A stretch of DNA of 64,000 nucleotides from Escherichia phage vB_EcoM_SP1. Shown piece after piece: positions 1 through 16,902 of this stretch (the stretch's first letter is position 1; each line of letters begins with the position of its first letter). The stretch lies in sequence record MT682709.1. One strand, written 5' to 3'. The notes below the pieces were generated by a model. That model had not been told where the DNA came from, searched no databases, and saw nothing but the letters and a program-made list of their open reading frames with translations. Both the position numbers and the translations under genes were made by a program.

Positions 1-218
1 GCGTAAGTAGCACCAGTTTTAAAAGTAAATTCGTTATCTGGATTAAGGTATTTGATACCATAAAAAGCAGCAACAGGTTGATTAGTTCTTTGCGTTGCTA
101 CAATGTCAGAATATATTAATTTAGTGGTAGCGCGAGTCAAAGCAACGAGATTTGGGCGACCGATTGAGTTGCTATTCGTTGTGGTTGATTCGCGCAGAAG
201 TTCGTTGATTTTAGCCAT
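1..218 (-). CDS. 24: head vertex protein gp24 (N-terminal part, runs off window edge)
   Basis: Minus-strand ATG at 218-216; translation MAKINELLRESTTTNSNSIGRPNLVALTRATTKLIYSDIV matches recalled T4 gp24 N-terminus. Confidence 0.85.
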   Translation of the reverse strand, partial: MAKINELLRESTTTNSNSIGRPNLVALTRATTKLIYSDIVATQRTNQPVAAFYGIKYLNPDNEFTFKTGATY

Positions 219-245
219 TGCGCTTTCCTTTTGGTTTATATGATT

Positions 246-253
246 TATTTATA
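246..253 (-). promoter_or_regulatory. late promoter TATAAATA for gene 24
   Basis: tatttata on + strand, about 28 nt upstream of the gene 24 ATG. Confidence 0.6.
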
Positions 254-265
254 CCATAAAAACAA

Positions 266-288
266 CTAAAGGGACCCGAAGGTCCCTT
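266..288 (-). terminator. stem-loop terminator downstream of gene 23
   Basis: GGGACC-cgaa-GGTCCC hairpin at 271-286 just past the gp23 stop, followed by a T-rich tract on the minus strand. Confidence 0.6.
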
Positions 289-301
289 AAATCGTCAAAG
301 A

Positions 302-1867
302 TTAGATACCTTTAACATATACACGGCGGAAGTAAGCGTTTTTACCAAGGCTATTCAGAATAGAAGGCATACCGCTCTGGATGCGAGAAGCCGGAGCCTG
401 AGCAGCGGATTCTGCAAATGGGTTGATACCGATACCGTAACGAGTTTTGAATCCCATTACTGGTTGGAAGTTCTTCGGATCGGAACCGCGCAGCGGAGTC
501 AGAGCTACATATGGAGCATAGTAAATACCAGCATCCATTTCGTTCGGACCTTTATAACCTACAGTGAAATAATCCTGTTTAGCATACTGGTCGATATATA
601 CACGGTATTTACCACCCAGAACGCCAGCAAATACTGACTTGGTAGTATCAGTGTTAAAGCCGGTAGCCAGACCCTGTGCAGCATAAGAAATGCCAGTATC
701 AACTGAAGCCAGAACGTTAACTACGTTACGGGAAGCGATAATGAAGTTACCTTCACCACGACCGGTCTGACGAGCAATTTCAACTGCTTCTTTGTCAATC
801 TGGAACAACAGAGCTTTAAAGGATTCACCCGCCCAGCGAGCACCACGAATATCAATCGGATCCTGGAAGTCAAATACACCAGCTTTAGAACCCGGAGTCA
901 GGGTCATACCAGATTTACCAACCTGAGCTGAGTAGTTAATCCAATCAACAACTTCACGGTTGATTTCCAGCATGATTTCGGTAGCCAGAATACCAGACAG
1001 TTCAGCATCAGCATCCATACCGTGAACAGCGCGGAGGTCTTGTGCTAATTCGATAGAGTAAGCAGCTTTCAACTGACGAGATTTAGCTTCGATAACTTGT
1101 TTATCGATACGGAAGCCCATTTCATTCCATGGGTTATCGGTAGAACCGTTGAAACCTTCCTGGAGTTCAGCGATAGAAGTAGCCATACCTTCAGCGATTT
1201 CTACCAGTACACCAGCTTCCATTTGTTTCTTAATTTCTGCATCTAATTTAGCTGCGTCAGATGCACCAGCATCGATTGTTACTACAGCAGAAGCCTGCAG
1301 ATACACAGTACCAGTTTCCTGGAAGAAGTGAGTATAGATATCACCTACAACGGTTTGTGTGCTAGCAGCCAGAGCTGGGAATTTCTTAGCAGCACCCTGA
1401 CCAGAGAACATTGCATCTGGACCATACATTGGGTGGAATGCTTCTTTAGCGCCGGCAGCGATTGGGTCTTTACCATATACTGCGCGCAGTGCGAATACCT
1501 GACCAGTTGGGCTGTTCATCGGCTGAACACCGCAAATATCGAAAGCAATCAGGTTAGGAATAGCACGACGTACCATACCCATAACAGCTGGGCCAATCTG
1601 AGTTACTGCGCCAGAAGTCTGACCAGCAGCGATGTTAGTAGCGTTGTAACCGTGGTCACCACCGATTTCAGCTTCTGTTAAGAAAGAACCGAATGCCTGA
1701 GCAATTTTTTCGTCTTTGTACTCTGGAGCTGTCTGGAAATCTTTTTCCTGGTTTTCAAAGATTTTAGCGATAATCGCTTGTTTGCTATTAGCAATTTCCG
1801 GTAAACCTTCACCTTCCAGTAATGGCTTCCATTTGTTCAAAAGTTCAGCTTTAGTTTTGATAGTCAT
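302..1867 (-). CDS. 23: major capsid protein gp23
   Basis: 521 aa, near-identical to recalled T4 gp23 (MTIKTKAELLNKWKPLLEGEG...). Confidence 0.97.
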   Translation of the reverse strand: MTIKTKAELLNKWKPLLEGEGLPEIANSKQAIIAKIFENQEKDFQTAPEYKDEKIAQAFGSFLTEAEIGGDHGYNATNIAAGQTSGAVTQIGPAVMGMVRRAIPNLIAFDICGVQPMNSPTGQVFALRAVYGKDPIAAGAKEAFHPMYGPDAMFSGQGAAKKFPALAASTQTVVGDIYTHFFQETGTVYLQASAVVTIDAGASDAAKLDAEIKKQMEAGVLVEIAEGMATSIAELQEGFNGSTDNPWNEMGFRIDKQVIEAKSRQLKAAYSIELAQDLRAVHGMDADAELSGILATEIMLEINREVVDWINYSAQVGKSGMTLTPGSKAGVFDFQDPIDIRGARWAGESFKALLFQIDKEAVEIARQTGRGEGNFIIASRNVVNVLASVDTGISYAAQGLATGFNTDTTKSVFAGVLGGKYRVYIDQYAKQDYFTVGYKGPNEMDAGIYYAPYVALTPLRGSDPKNFQPVMGFKTRYGIGINPFAESAAQAPASRIQSGMPSILNSLGKNAYFRRVYVKGI

Positions 1868-1885
1868 TTGTGTTAACCTTTAAAA

Positions 1886-2695
1886 TTAGAAACGAGATGC
1901 GACTTTCGCATATACACTTACAATATCTTCTGCACCAGGTGCAGCTTTATCTTCTACAGCTTCAGTGACGAAATTCAGTCCGGCTGCTTCAGTATCAGGA
2001 GTATTTATACCCTCAGTAATAGTGCTTTCATCTTTATTAGACTTCTTCACCATTTCTACGATGGCACTCAATTTATTTGAGAATTCATCTGAATAATCCA
2101 TACCTTCGACCAGAGCAGAGACTTTTTCTTTTTGAGACTCAGTCAGATCTTTAGTACTTTCGCTCAATGCCACTTCACGCTGCACATAATTGATATATGC
2201 GTCGCGCATATTGAGTTCTTCGAACAGACGAGCTGATTCTTCTTTATGTTCTTGCAGCTCTTCTTCCATTTCAGCCACAACATCAACTGATTCTTCTGGA
2301 ACAACAACGTTGTGTTCAACAAAGAGCTCTTTTAATCCACCAAGCATGGATTCAAACAGTTCGGCTTTGATGCCTTTATCAACTGCTAATTTATTTTCAG
2401 CGAGCCATTCTTTCGCAAGATGGTCAATGAATTTAGAAGCTTGCTCAGCGATTTTCTTCTCAGCTTTTTCTTCTGCTTCTTCTTTATTTTTTTCTACTTC
2501 TTCTTCTGCTTTTTCAGCAATTTTAGCGATATGAGATTCAGCTAATTTAACGGCGTGCTGCTTGACGGTAGCTTCGAATACAGTGCCGAAAGTTTCTTTT
2601 GCTTCCGGAGAAATATTAACTGATTCGAAAATACTATCAAGAGCAACGGAAGCATCAATTTTTTGCGCTTCAGCAATCAGTTGTTCTTTAAGCAT
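1886..2695 (-). CDS. 22: prohead core scaffold protein gp22
   Basis: 269 aa, acidic coiled-coil, T4 position and size. Confidence 0.9.
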   Translation of the reverse strand: MLKEQLIAEAQKIDASVALDSIFESVNISPEAKETFGTVFEATVKQHAVKLAESHIAKIAEKAEEEVEKNKEEAEEKAEKKIAEQASKFIDHLAKEWLAENKLAVDKGIKAELFESMLGGLKELFVEHNVVVPEESVDVVAEMEEELQEHKEESARLFEELNMRDAYINYVQREVALSESTKDLTESQKEKVSALVEGMDYSDEFSNKLSAIVEMVKKSNKDESTITEGINTPDTEAAGLNFVTEAVEDKAAPGAEDIVSVYAKVASRF

Positions 2696-2722
2696 TTTGT
2701 AGTCCTGTTGTTTAGATAATAA

Positions 2723-2730
2723 TATTTATA
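2723..2730 (-). promoter_or_regulatory. late promoter TATAAATA for gene 22
   Basis: tatttata on + strand about 28 nt upstream of the gp22 start. Confidence 0.6.
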
Positions 2731-3364
2731 ACGCTTTTTTCATGGCCTCTGCGAGAGCCATATAGGCGTCATCGGCACTTGTATCGGCTTCCGCCGTCTG
2801 TGATTCGGTAATTTCCTTAGGAGTTACCCATGCATCTGGAGCACTTGGACCCCATACTGCATCAACACCTACAGTTAATTTGAATCCTTCGTTTACGATA
2901 CGATAACCTTTATTTGTGTCAGTCAATGAACCTAATCCACGAGAAGAAACTCCTGGAATCCATCCGGCACGAATATTAGCTGCTAATTTATCTCCAGGAC
3001 CGTGGTCACCTTCAATAACACGAGCTCGTCCGTATACGTCATTTCCTTTCCACCACATATCTTCTATAATGATAGCGGCTTGCATCGGGTCAACATTAGC
3101 GCGTGGAGGATGATTTAATTCTCCGAGAGCTTGTTTAGTTAAAACTTGCTCATTAATATAGTCTTTTACCGCTTTTTCTAATATGCGTTTTGGATAAAGA
3201 CGTTTATTTCTATTGACGACTTCTGCTTGCATGAATATTCCTTCGATGTATAAACCAGGTTTTAAACCTAAGTCTTTTCCATCGTGGGATTCAAGCATTG
3301 GCACACCATCAATAATTTCGCCAGGTTGACCCCAAGTTTCAATTAGTAATTGGGGTTCATTCAT
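2726..3364 (-). CDS. 21: prohead core protease gp21
   Basis: 212 aa, T4 gp21 size and position between 22 and 68. Confidence 0.9.
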   Translation of the reverse strand: MNEPQLLIETWGQPGEIIDGVPMLESHDGKDLGLKPGLYIEGIFMQAEVVNRNKRLYPKRILEKAVKDYINEQVLTKQALGELNHPPRANVDPMQAAIIIEDMWWKGNDVYGRARVIEGDHGPGDKLAANIRAGWIPGVSSRGLGSLTDTNKGYRIVNEGFKLTVGVDAVWGPSAPDAWVTPKEITESQTAEADTSADDAYMALAEAMKKAL

Positions 3365-3789
3365 TAGCTTAATCCTAATGCTTTACGGCGTTTAAGAGCT
3401 TTTTTACGCTTACGCTGAGCACGAGATTGACCTGCTGGATTGGCAATCTTCGTTTTGGTAGCTTTGCGAGCAATTTGTCTACGTTTTGCTTTAGACAGCC
3501 CAGTGGTTTGAAATGCATTACGTTCGCGTGTTTTGCGGTCTTTAGTACGTGTAATTTCACCACGAGCTGAAACGTGCTTAACAATGAATTCATTTAACGG
3601 CATGTTTTCATTAATAGAAGCTAATGCAACTGCTAAATCAGTTTCATCATCAAGCATATTCTCGACAATTGTATTTATATCGTCTTTATTTAAAGCAGAA
3701 GACAATTCGTCAAAGCGACCCTGTGCTTCAGGAATAAGTGCTTCGACATTCTCGAGAACTAATTCATGAGTTTCAGGGATCAGAAGCAT
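3364..3789 (-). CDS. 68: prohead core protein gp68
   Basis: 141 aa basic protein in the T4 gp68 position. Confidence 0.75.
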
Positions 3790-4033
3790 TATTCATCATC
3801 CTCGTCTTCGTCATCTTCGTCAGAGTCTTTGTCTTTTTTGTCGTCTTTATCATCACTATCTTCGTCTTCATCATCCTCGTCTTCAGGTTCTTCACCTTCG
3901 ATTAAGAAATTACGAGCGATAGCGATTTTTTCTTCTTTAATTAAATCAATCGTTCTTGCAGCCATGGCTTCAGCAAATAATTTACGAGCGGCTACGAGGT
4001 CGTTTGATTTAATAGCTTCAATTAAACCTTCCA

Positions 4034-4034
<1 letters not shown>
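3789..4034 (-). CDS. 67: prohead core protein gp67 with acidic C-terminal tract
   Basis: 81 aa; C-terminal E/D-rich tract; T4 gp67 position. Confidence 0.75.
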
Positions 4035-5686
<1,652 letters not shown>

Positions 5687-5691
5687 TCATT

Positions 5692-6183
5692 TTATTCCCA
5701 ATAATCGAGAGCGAGAGTTACTTCAAAGGTTTGGATTTCATTGTTTGAATCCCAATCTAACTGAAGTTCACCCACGTTAGTAGGCCACAGGCCTTTAATT
5801 TCGACTTCTTTTGTTACAGTTTTAGCGTCACGAGCATATTGGCGTACAATAGCACTCTTTTTATACTCTGCTGGTTTTCCACCAGTAATTTCGTTTCCTT
5901 GCCCAGCAGCAATGCTTTGCCAGTCAACAAACTTCTGGCGTGCATCATGCGCCTCATCATTCATTACTGTAATAGTCCAGTCATCGAATGTACGATCGCC
6001 TGCTACGTTAATTTTACGGTTCATAAATCCGACTGGAATTTTTTCTACAATACCAGCTGGTAAAGCAGTGGCTTTACATTGAAACGTAAAATTTTGTCCA
6101 AGATAAGAAATTTCTACTTGGAATAAGTTAGGTCGAGCAAAATCACCAGATTCAAACGCTCGTGTTACATCATCTACAAACAT
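5692..6183 (-). CDS. 19: tail tube protein gp19
   Basis: 163 aa, T4 gp19 size and position. Confidence 0.9.
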   Translation of the reverse strand: MFVDDVTRAFESGDFARPNLFQVEISYLGQNFTFQCKATALPAGIVEKIPVGFMNRKINVAGDRTFDDWTITVMNDEAHDARQKFVDWQSIAAGQGNEITGGKPAEYKKSAIVRQYARDAKTVTKEVEIKGLWPTNVGELQLDWDSNNEIQTFEVTLALDYWE

Positions 6184-6197
6184 ATTAGCCTCTGTAG

Positions 6198-6205
6198 TAT
6201 TTATA
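6198..6205 (-). promoter_or_regulatory. late promoter TATAAATA for gene 19
   Basis: tatttata on + strand 15 nt upstream of the gp19 ATG. Confidence 0.55.
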
Positions 6206-6256
6206 TCCCTATGTTTAACCTAGGGCATATAGAATTAAAGAATTAAGGATATAGTG

Positions 6257-6264
6257 TATTTATA
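6257..6264 (-). promoter_or_regulatory. second late promoter TATAAATA upstream of gene 19
   Basis: tatttata on + strand next to the gp18 hairpin. Confidence 0.5.
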
Positions 6265-6265
6265 T

Positions 6266-6283
6266 GGCCTGCCGAAACAGGCC
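6266..6283 (-). terminator. stem-loop downstream of gene 18
   Basis: GGCCTG-ccgaaa-CAGGCC hairpin; no clear T-run. Confidence 0.4.
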
Positions 6284-6299
6284 TTTAGAATGCACCGTA

Positions 6300-8279
6300 T
6301 TAACCTGCAAGACCAGTTAACTCATCGAAATCTGCACCAGTAGCAGTTGCTACGAAGTTCAAGGTAATGTAGTTAATGCTTCTAGCCGGTTGGATGTAGA
6401 ATGTTGCAACAAACTCATTTCTATCAATTACTGACGGAGTGTTATTTGTTGTATCGCAAACTACACGATATTCATAAATTCCACCGAGAGCTTTAATTCC
6501 CTGTAAGTATTGGGCAGTTTCTGTGCGGAATGATGAACGAGTAAACGCGTTGTTTAATTCGAACAAACGATATTTTGAACTACGTCCGATATTCGTTTTC
6601 AACATATTAAACAGACGACGAACGTTAATACGATCAAATGGAGAAGGAACAGAAGTAGCTGTTTTATCACCATATAATACGTAACCATCACCACCTGTAC
6701 CAGTTACTGGATTGATAGCTTCTTGGTATAAACGGTCGCGCTGAGCTTGGCGAGTTTCAATAGCAAGTTTAATAACGTTAAGAATCTGGCCGCGATTATA
6801 ACCAGCTGGAGACATCCAAGTCTGAGAAACGTTATCGGTTCTTGCACATAAACCGGCAATATCAGCTGCTAATGGAACCCAACGATTTACATCATTATAT
6901 TTGTCATACTGATATTTGTAGTTACCATCAATTGCTGCGTAGGTTGAACTGATATTAAAGTTATTATCAGTGTATGAACCCGTTGCAGTTCTCCAATTGA
7001 CTAAGTTATCGACAGCACGAGTTACAGGAATTCCAACTACAGTTTCACGCGGTGGTGAGCACAATACTAAGCAATCTTGGCGAGCATCCCCAATTGAAAC
7101 GACGTGTTTTTGGACAGTAGATGCTGTTTCTAAAGATTCACCGGCACAAGAACCCGCAATAAACAACTGAACGTCAACAGATTCACGGTCAGCAAAGAAG
7201 TCCCAGGCTTCCATCAAATCTCCTGCTGTTACTTCAGCATTTGATGATAATCCACCAGACAGAGTTAAAATTCCAGAGAAGCCTTCTGGCCAGTTTTGCG
7301 CAGTTGCAAAAATATATTCTGAACCACCTTTTGCGAAAAAGTCATCAATATAGATGTTGCTATCGTAAATATCTTTTTCACCACGCTTTGTTGAAAGAAC
7401 AACACTTTGAACAATAGCATCATTACGACGAACTATAATAGCGTATTGTGAATCAGTTTGTGGTCCATATCCAAACACTGCTTTGGCAGTAGATGCGCGT
7501 GTTCCGCCACCTGGATAAATTGGGAGTAATGCAGAAGCTCCTTTTGCGTAGTCAGCTTTAGATACAATTTCGATTTCAATTTTATCGCCTAACTCGCCTG
7601 GATAAAGAGCTACTACTCCTGGAATTCCATATTTTTCGAGATTTGCTTGAAATTCAACCGCTGTCACAGCAGCTTCAGCATTTTCAATTTCAGCTAATAA
7701 AATACCGGAATCAGTAATAATTTTTCCAAGAGTTATTACTGCAGCTAAACCAGAGGAAGACGAAGAAATTTCCGCGGTCCAGTTAGAACCTAATGCTGGA
7801 TATTCACCGACTTCTTTCGCTTTAGCGATAATTTTTGCGGTAGGAATATTAATTTTCTTAATTTTTCCATCAGCATCTACTTCGGTAATTTTACCCTCTG
7901 TTTCAACATTTTCTGAAACATACTTAACCGTGATTTTATCTCCAACCGCGTAGTTACTACCTGGGGCTGAAATAGTGTATTCAATATTACCAGCAATCGG
8001 AGATGAGTTTTTAGCGGTATCTCTATCGACAGCACGCACAACTCGCAAATCATTTCCATATTGTAAGAAATTCATTGCAGACATAAAATAATCAGCAGTT
8101 TCAGCTGTAGGTTGACCAAAAGTATTAACTAAATCTACTTCATTTGTAACCTGTTTAATCTGAAAAGCAGGACCCCACTGGAATTTACCGGCCAAAGCTG
8201 CTGTACCAGTAGAGTTATTAACCACGGTGCTTTGAACCGTAGTTTCTTTGAGCTCAATGCCCGGAGATAATAAAGTCAT
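6300..8279 (-). CDS. 18: tail sheath protein gp18
   Basis: 659 aa, T4 gp18 size and position. Confidence 0.93.
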   Translation of the reverse strand: MTLLSPGIELKETTVQSTVVNNSTGTAALAGKFQWGPAFQIKQVTNEVDLVNTFGQPTAETADYFMSAMNFLQYGNDLRVVRAVDRDTAKNSSPIAGNIEYTISAPGSNYAVGDKITVKYVSENVETEGKITEVDADGKIKKINIPTAKIIAKAKEVGEYPALGSNWTAEISSSSSGLAAVITLGKIITDSGILLAEIENAEAAVTAVEFQANLEKYGIPGVVALYPGELGDKIEIEIVSKADYAKGASALLPIYPGGGTRASTAKAVFGYGPQTDSQYAIIVRRNDAIVQSVVLSTKRGEKDIYDSNIYIDDFFAKGGSEYIFATAQNWPEGFSGILTLSGGLSSNAEVTAGDLMEAWDFFADRESVDVQLFIAGSCAGESLETASTVQKHVVSIGDARQDCLVLCSPPRETVVGIPVTRAVDNLVNWRTATGSYTDNNFNISSTYAAIDGNYKYQYDKYNDVNRWVPLAADIAGLCARTDNVSQTWMSPAGYNRGQILNVIKLAIETRQAQRDRLYQEAINPVTGTGGDGYVLYGDKTATSVPSPFDRINVRRLFNMLKTNIGRSSKYRLFELNNAFTRSSFRTETAQYLQGIKALGGIYEYRVVCDTTNNTPSVIDRNEFVATFYIQPARSINYITLNFVATATGADFDELTGLAG

Positions 8280-8307
8280 TTTTAATCCTCTTTAATATGC
8301 TTTAATA

Positions 8308-11448
<3,141 letters not shown>

Positions 11449-11489
11449 GATTTCTCCTAATCTGGGCTTTAATTAGTTTATAATATTTA

Positions 11490-13191
<1,702 letters not shown>

Positions 13192-13203
13192 TTAAAATCC
13201 TTT

Positions 13204-13219
13204 GGGGCCTTGCGGCCCC
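13204..13219 (-). other. GC-rich stem-loop in the wac-13 intergenic region
   Basis: GGGGCC-ttgc-GGCCCC between the wac stop and the gp13 start. Confidence 0.4.
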
Positions 13220-13222
13220 ATG

Positions 13223-14680
13223 TTATGCTGGTGATAAAAAGGTAGAAAGTAGTACCCATTCGCCGTCTTTACGAACGTAAGCTTGGCCATCTTTTGGAGC
13301 TTCAGGGATATAACCTGCTTCCTGTAAAGTCTGAACATCCCCCTGTAATGAAGATACATTACTTTTAATACTACGCATTTCTTGATTAATAGAAGAAATG
13401 TTAGTTTCATTAGCTTTTATTGAATTAGTTAATCCGCGCTCTTCTACCGTTGAACCATTTGGATTTGTGCCGCTTACTAGTTTATTTAGTGCAACAACTT
13501 GGCCTTTAATTCCAGTAGTGTTATTACCAATTTCAACTTGTAAGTTTTGAACATCATTGTTCAGTCTATTAACTGAAGTTTCAACAGTTGAAACCCTATT
13601 TAAAAGAGACCCAGGAGGAGAAGGCTGACCTCCACTAGAATCAGTTCCAACGATTTGGTTTAGCCATGAAACGTTTGCTCGTAGTCCAGATGAAGTGTTT
13701 TCACCAACAATTCCATTTAAAAACTCAATTGATGTGGTATTATCTTTAATTCTACCTTTAATACTAGAAGGAATATCATCTGAGCCAATTGACGTTTCAA
13801 TGACAGTCAATCGTTGTTTAATACCTCCGCTTTTATTTAGTTCATCATTTAAAGCTGAAACTTCTCGTGTATTAGTGTTAACATCTGTGATTATTGAAGT
13901 ATTTCCTGGATATCCAATAGAAGTTTTGATAGATTTAATTTCGGAACTAAGATTAATCTGCGATTGATCTAAATTATGAACACGTGAATATATGCTTTCA
14001 CTGAATGAAGATGGTCTTTGTCCAAGTTCTTGTCTAAGATTTCCGACTTCAATTGTCAGTGAACCTACATCAGATTCAATAAATTTTTCTTCCAAATCAC
14101 TTAGACGTATTCCTTGGGAAGTTATAGCATCTGTATTATTAATGATGCGGTGCTTCATACCCGTGCTGCTATTTCCTACAACAGGAAGACCATTAATGTC
14201 TTGCCCAGCATATTGTCCTAATTCTCTTTTAATCCATAACAAATCATTTCTAATCGTTCTATAAACTGAATTTGCTTGCGAATTAAATGGACCAATATCA
14301 GAAAGAATATTATCAACCGTAGTATTTGTGCCATTTAATATATCAGTGTGTTCATTCGTGAGTGTCTTTAAATTTGATATATCATTTTTATTAATGCTGA
14401 TCTGTGATAGCGCTTCTATATCTCCTGATACATCTAAAATGCCTTGAATGGTTTTAATATCTTCCTGAGATGTTTCAATGGCAGTTTTAAGAATTCCTAC
14501 ATTTTCGTCGAGAACCTCGACATTTTTAAACACGGAAACAGTTGGTCTATTCATTGACCCATCGTTTCCATACTTAGTACTAGCTCCTAATATTTCTTCA
14601 CCATTTTTAATCCATGAAATACGTTCCTGACCTTCGCCAGGAACGCTATCAACAAAAGGTAACTCTTTTAATTCAATCAT
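13223..14680 (-). CDS. wac: fibritin (whisker, neck fibre) with C-terminal foldon
   Basis: 485 aa; C-terminus [30 protein letters not shown] is the foldon motif. Confidence 0.92.
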   Translation of the reverse strand: MIELKELPFVDSVPGEGQERISWIKNGEEILGASTKYGNDGSMNRPTVSVFKNVEVLDENVGILKTAIETSQEDIKTIQGILDVSGDIEALSQISINKNDISNLKTLTNEHTDILNGTNTTVDNILSDIGPFNSQANSVYRTIRNDLLWIKRELGQYAGQDINGLPVVGNSSTGMKHRIINNTDAITSQGIRLSDLEEKFIESDVGSLTIEVGNLRQELGQRPSSFSESIYSRVHNLDQSQINLSSEIKSIKTSIGYPGNTSIITDVNTNTREVSALNDELNKSGGIKQRLTVIETSIGSDDIPSSIKGRIKDNTTSIEFLNGIVGENTSSGLRANVSWLNQIVGTDSSGGQPSPPGSLLNRVSTVETSVNRLNNDVQNLQVEIGNNTTGIKGQVVALNKLVSGTNPNGSTVEERGLTNSIKANETNISSINQEMRSIKSNVSSLQGDVQTLQEAGYIPEAPKDGQAYVRKDGEWVLLSTFLSPA

Positions 14681-14689
14681 TTGTAATCC

Positions 14690-16246
14690 TTAGTAATGAA
14701 CTTTAATAATATAGTTTAATGATATATTCCATGGTCTAGTTTCATAACCAATTAATCCTTCACGGTTTAACGTACCAAACGAATCACGAGCACCACCCAT
14801 TTCAAATCCGTCGTTAGTAAAGAACAAATGGTTGTCCCAGTCGGCGCTTCTACCATTGCCTAAATATCCACTGCCATTAGATGCGCCAAACGGTGCATAA
14901 CCTCTGTTATTTCCATTTTCCCCCCAGGCACCAGCATGTTTATGGTATGACATTTGTTGTGCCTGAACACCGCCAACATGCATTCCGTCACATCCTACAC
15001 CAAGTCTATCCTTCCCATAACCATCTTGTCCGCGTTGATTTAAAATATGACTGCCTGTGCCAGCTCCTCTAACAAAAAGACCTCGCATATCAGGAATACC
15101 AGGATTATTCCAATCACCACCAAATCTTGTTCCAACTGTGTTTCTATAATCAGGAAATTGGGCACCTGAGACGGTTCCACCGTGGCACATAATCCAACCC
15201 GGAGGTGCTGAATCACCCGCAAACATCATAATAGTTCCGACTGGAACCCTTTCGGACGCATATCTTTCAGTGGCAACAGGTTGATCGCCATTTTTCCACA
15301 TTCCGCCGCGTGACCAAATTCCGTTTGCTGTAAGATGGTCTAAATTTAAAGAACCATTAATAGTTTGTCCACCACGAGTATTAATTACATCTGCGTTCCA
15401 TGCTAATGCACCAGAGCTATCACCTTCAGGGGCAATACCGGCTTGCGTCGTTAATTTAACTACTCCACGCATAGAACCAGTAGCTCCTCGACCATTTAGT
15501 GTTTCACCTGTTACTGCAACATCTCCTAAATTACTGTTAATTTCCGATTGTGTTCCTAAACGTATAACACCCTTATATTCTTGTGTTGCAACAGAATTCA
15601 TAAAGGTATACGGAGAAATTGCATATCCTTCGCGGAGAGTTCCTTGACGAGTTTGCGCAACAGTAGATAATTGAACTACACCTCTCACAGATTCTGATGC
15701 AGTATCTTCGGAAGGAGCTATTTGTGAAATTAATTTTATTGCAAGTTTTTGCGTTTTTAATGGAGTCATCGCCGTAGTATCATCAACTCCAGCTAAAGCT
15801 GCAGGTGTAGATGATATTTTAATAACCCCGTTTGATGACTCAGACGAATATCTATTTTGGAACACATCGTCAGTATGGTATTTCAGTTTTTGCGGCGTTA
15901 TTGATGAATTATTATCTGAGCCTTCTAATGTTTCTTCATTTGTTGAATAGCGCGTTAAACCATACTTAGTTTCAGTAGCATTTGGATACAATAGTCTTGT
16001 TGCTAATGTAGCTGGTGTAACGATTTTAGAATTATTAGTTCCATCTAAAACCTCTTGCTCTGACGCAATCATTGCTATTCCTTTAACTTCCATAGTTGCA
16101 TCAGGAATACCATTTACGCCGATATTACTTATTTTTGATAATGCAGACTGCACTGTCGTGACAGTGTCAGGAAAATTCGATCCAGTAGGATCGAATTTAA
16201 CATATTTTGATTCATTTGATACGTGCTGATATGTATTGTTACTCAT
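14690..16246 (-). CDS. 12: short tail fibre gp12
   Basis: 518 aa, T4 order. Confidence 0.88.
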   Translation of the reverse strand: MSNNTYQHVSNESKYVKFDPTGSNFPDTVTTVQSALSKISNIGVNGIPDATMEVKGIAMIASEQEVLDGTNNSKIVTPATLATRLLYPNATETKYGLTRYSTNEETLEGSDNNSSITPQKLKYHTDDVFQNRYSSESSNGVIKISSTPAALAGVDDTTAMTPLKTQKLAIKLISQIAPSEDTASESVRGVVQLSTVAQTRQGTLREGYAISPYTFMNSVATQEYKGVIRLGTQSEINSNLGDVAVTGETLNGRGATGSMRGVVKLTTQAGIAPEGDSSGALAWNADVINTRGGQTINGSLNLDHLTANGIWSRGGMWKNGDQPVATERYASERVPVGTIMMFAGDSAPPGWIMCHGGTVSGAQFPDYRNTVGTRFGGDWNNPGIPDMRGLFVRGAGTGSHILNQRGQDGYGKDRLGVGCDGMHVGGVQAQQMSYHKHAGAWGENGNNRGYAPFGASNGSGYLGNGRSADWDNHLFFTNDGFEMGGARDSFGTLNREGLIGYETRPWNISLNYIIKVHY

Positions 16247-16902
16247 GCTATTCTCTCAAAATAATAAAATACCGTAGGTTGTGTGTGACTATCTAGCGTG
16301 ACAGTTTGCGCACCTAATAATTGCCAAGTTCCGTATCCAGGTTTAGAAGGAGAAATTATTTCTTGTTTGAAAGTAATTCCTTTATCAGAGTATTGTTCTA
16401 AGATATGTTCTTGGTTATCTAAATACTTAACTTGTATTTTATTTCCTATGGTAGGATGGTCTTCAAATGAATCAATTGCAATAAATTTTGCAACCATTTC
16501 CTGCAGAGCTGTTCTAACGGCACTGGTAAATTCGATTGAAGTCATTCCATTAGTAGCTTTAACAGGAATGCCAAACATGTTAACAATAACTGGGTCACCT
16601 GGTTTGGCTGAAGTATCATTGACAGTTCCTTCAAATGACCAATAGTCTGTTTGCTGCACGCCAGTAGGAGATACGCCGCTTATATTAACTAATACAGCTC
16701 CAACTTGTTGCTCTGCCATATTTCTAACATCATTGATAGCAGATTCTACATTTGGGTCATAAAAACCTTTTGCTATTTGTGAAATTGTTACAGCGCCTAC
16801 TGGCTGATTATTCATAACCGAAATATCATTTTTCTTAGTTCTAAAACCAAGAAAATCTGCTAAGCGGGAAATAACTCCCGCTTTATTATTAAGTAAACTC
16901 AT
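16243..16902 (-). CDS. 11: baseplate wedge protein gp11
   Basis: 219 aa from [20 protein letters not shown]; ATGA overlap with the gp10 stop. Confidence 0.85.
   Translation of the reverse strand: MSLLNNKAGVISRLADFLGFRTKKNDISVMNNQPVGAVTISQIAKGFYDPNVESAINDVRNMAEQQVGAVLVNISGVSPTGVQQTDYWSFEGTVNDTSAKPGDPVIVNMFGIPVKATNGMTSIEFTSAVRTALQEMVAKFIAIDSFEDHPTIGNKIQVKYLDNQEHILEQYSDKGITFKQEIISPSKPGYGTWQLLGAQTVTLDSHTQPTVFYYFERIA

Noticed and set aside
1149-1681. Plus-strand ORFs of 60 and 117 aa inside the gene 23 region
   Set aside because: They lie fully antisense to the major capsid gene, have no RBS or promoter, and have low-complexity composition; antisense artefacts.
2190-2534. Serine-rich 114-aa plus-strand ORF
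   Set aside because: Antisense to gp22; produced by the complement of its GAA/GCT-rich coding repeats.
13192-13410. 72-aa minus-strand ORF overlapping the 3' end of wac
   Set aside because: Alternative frame within fibritin and the wac-13 intergenic hairpin; no independent support.
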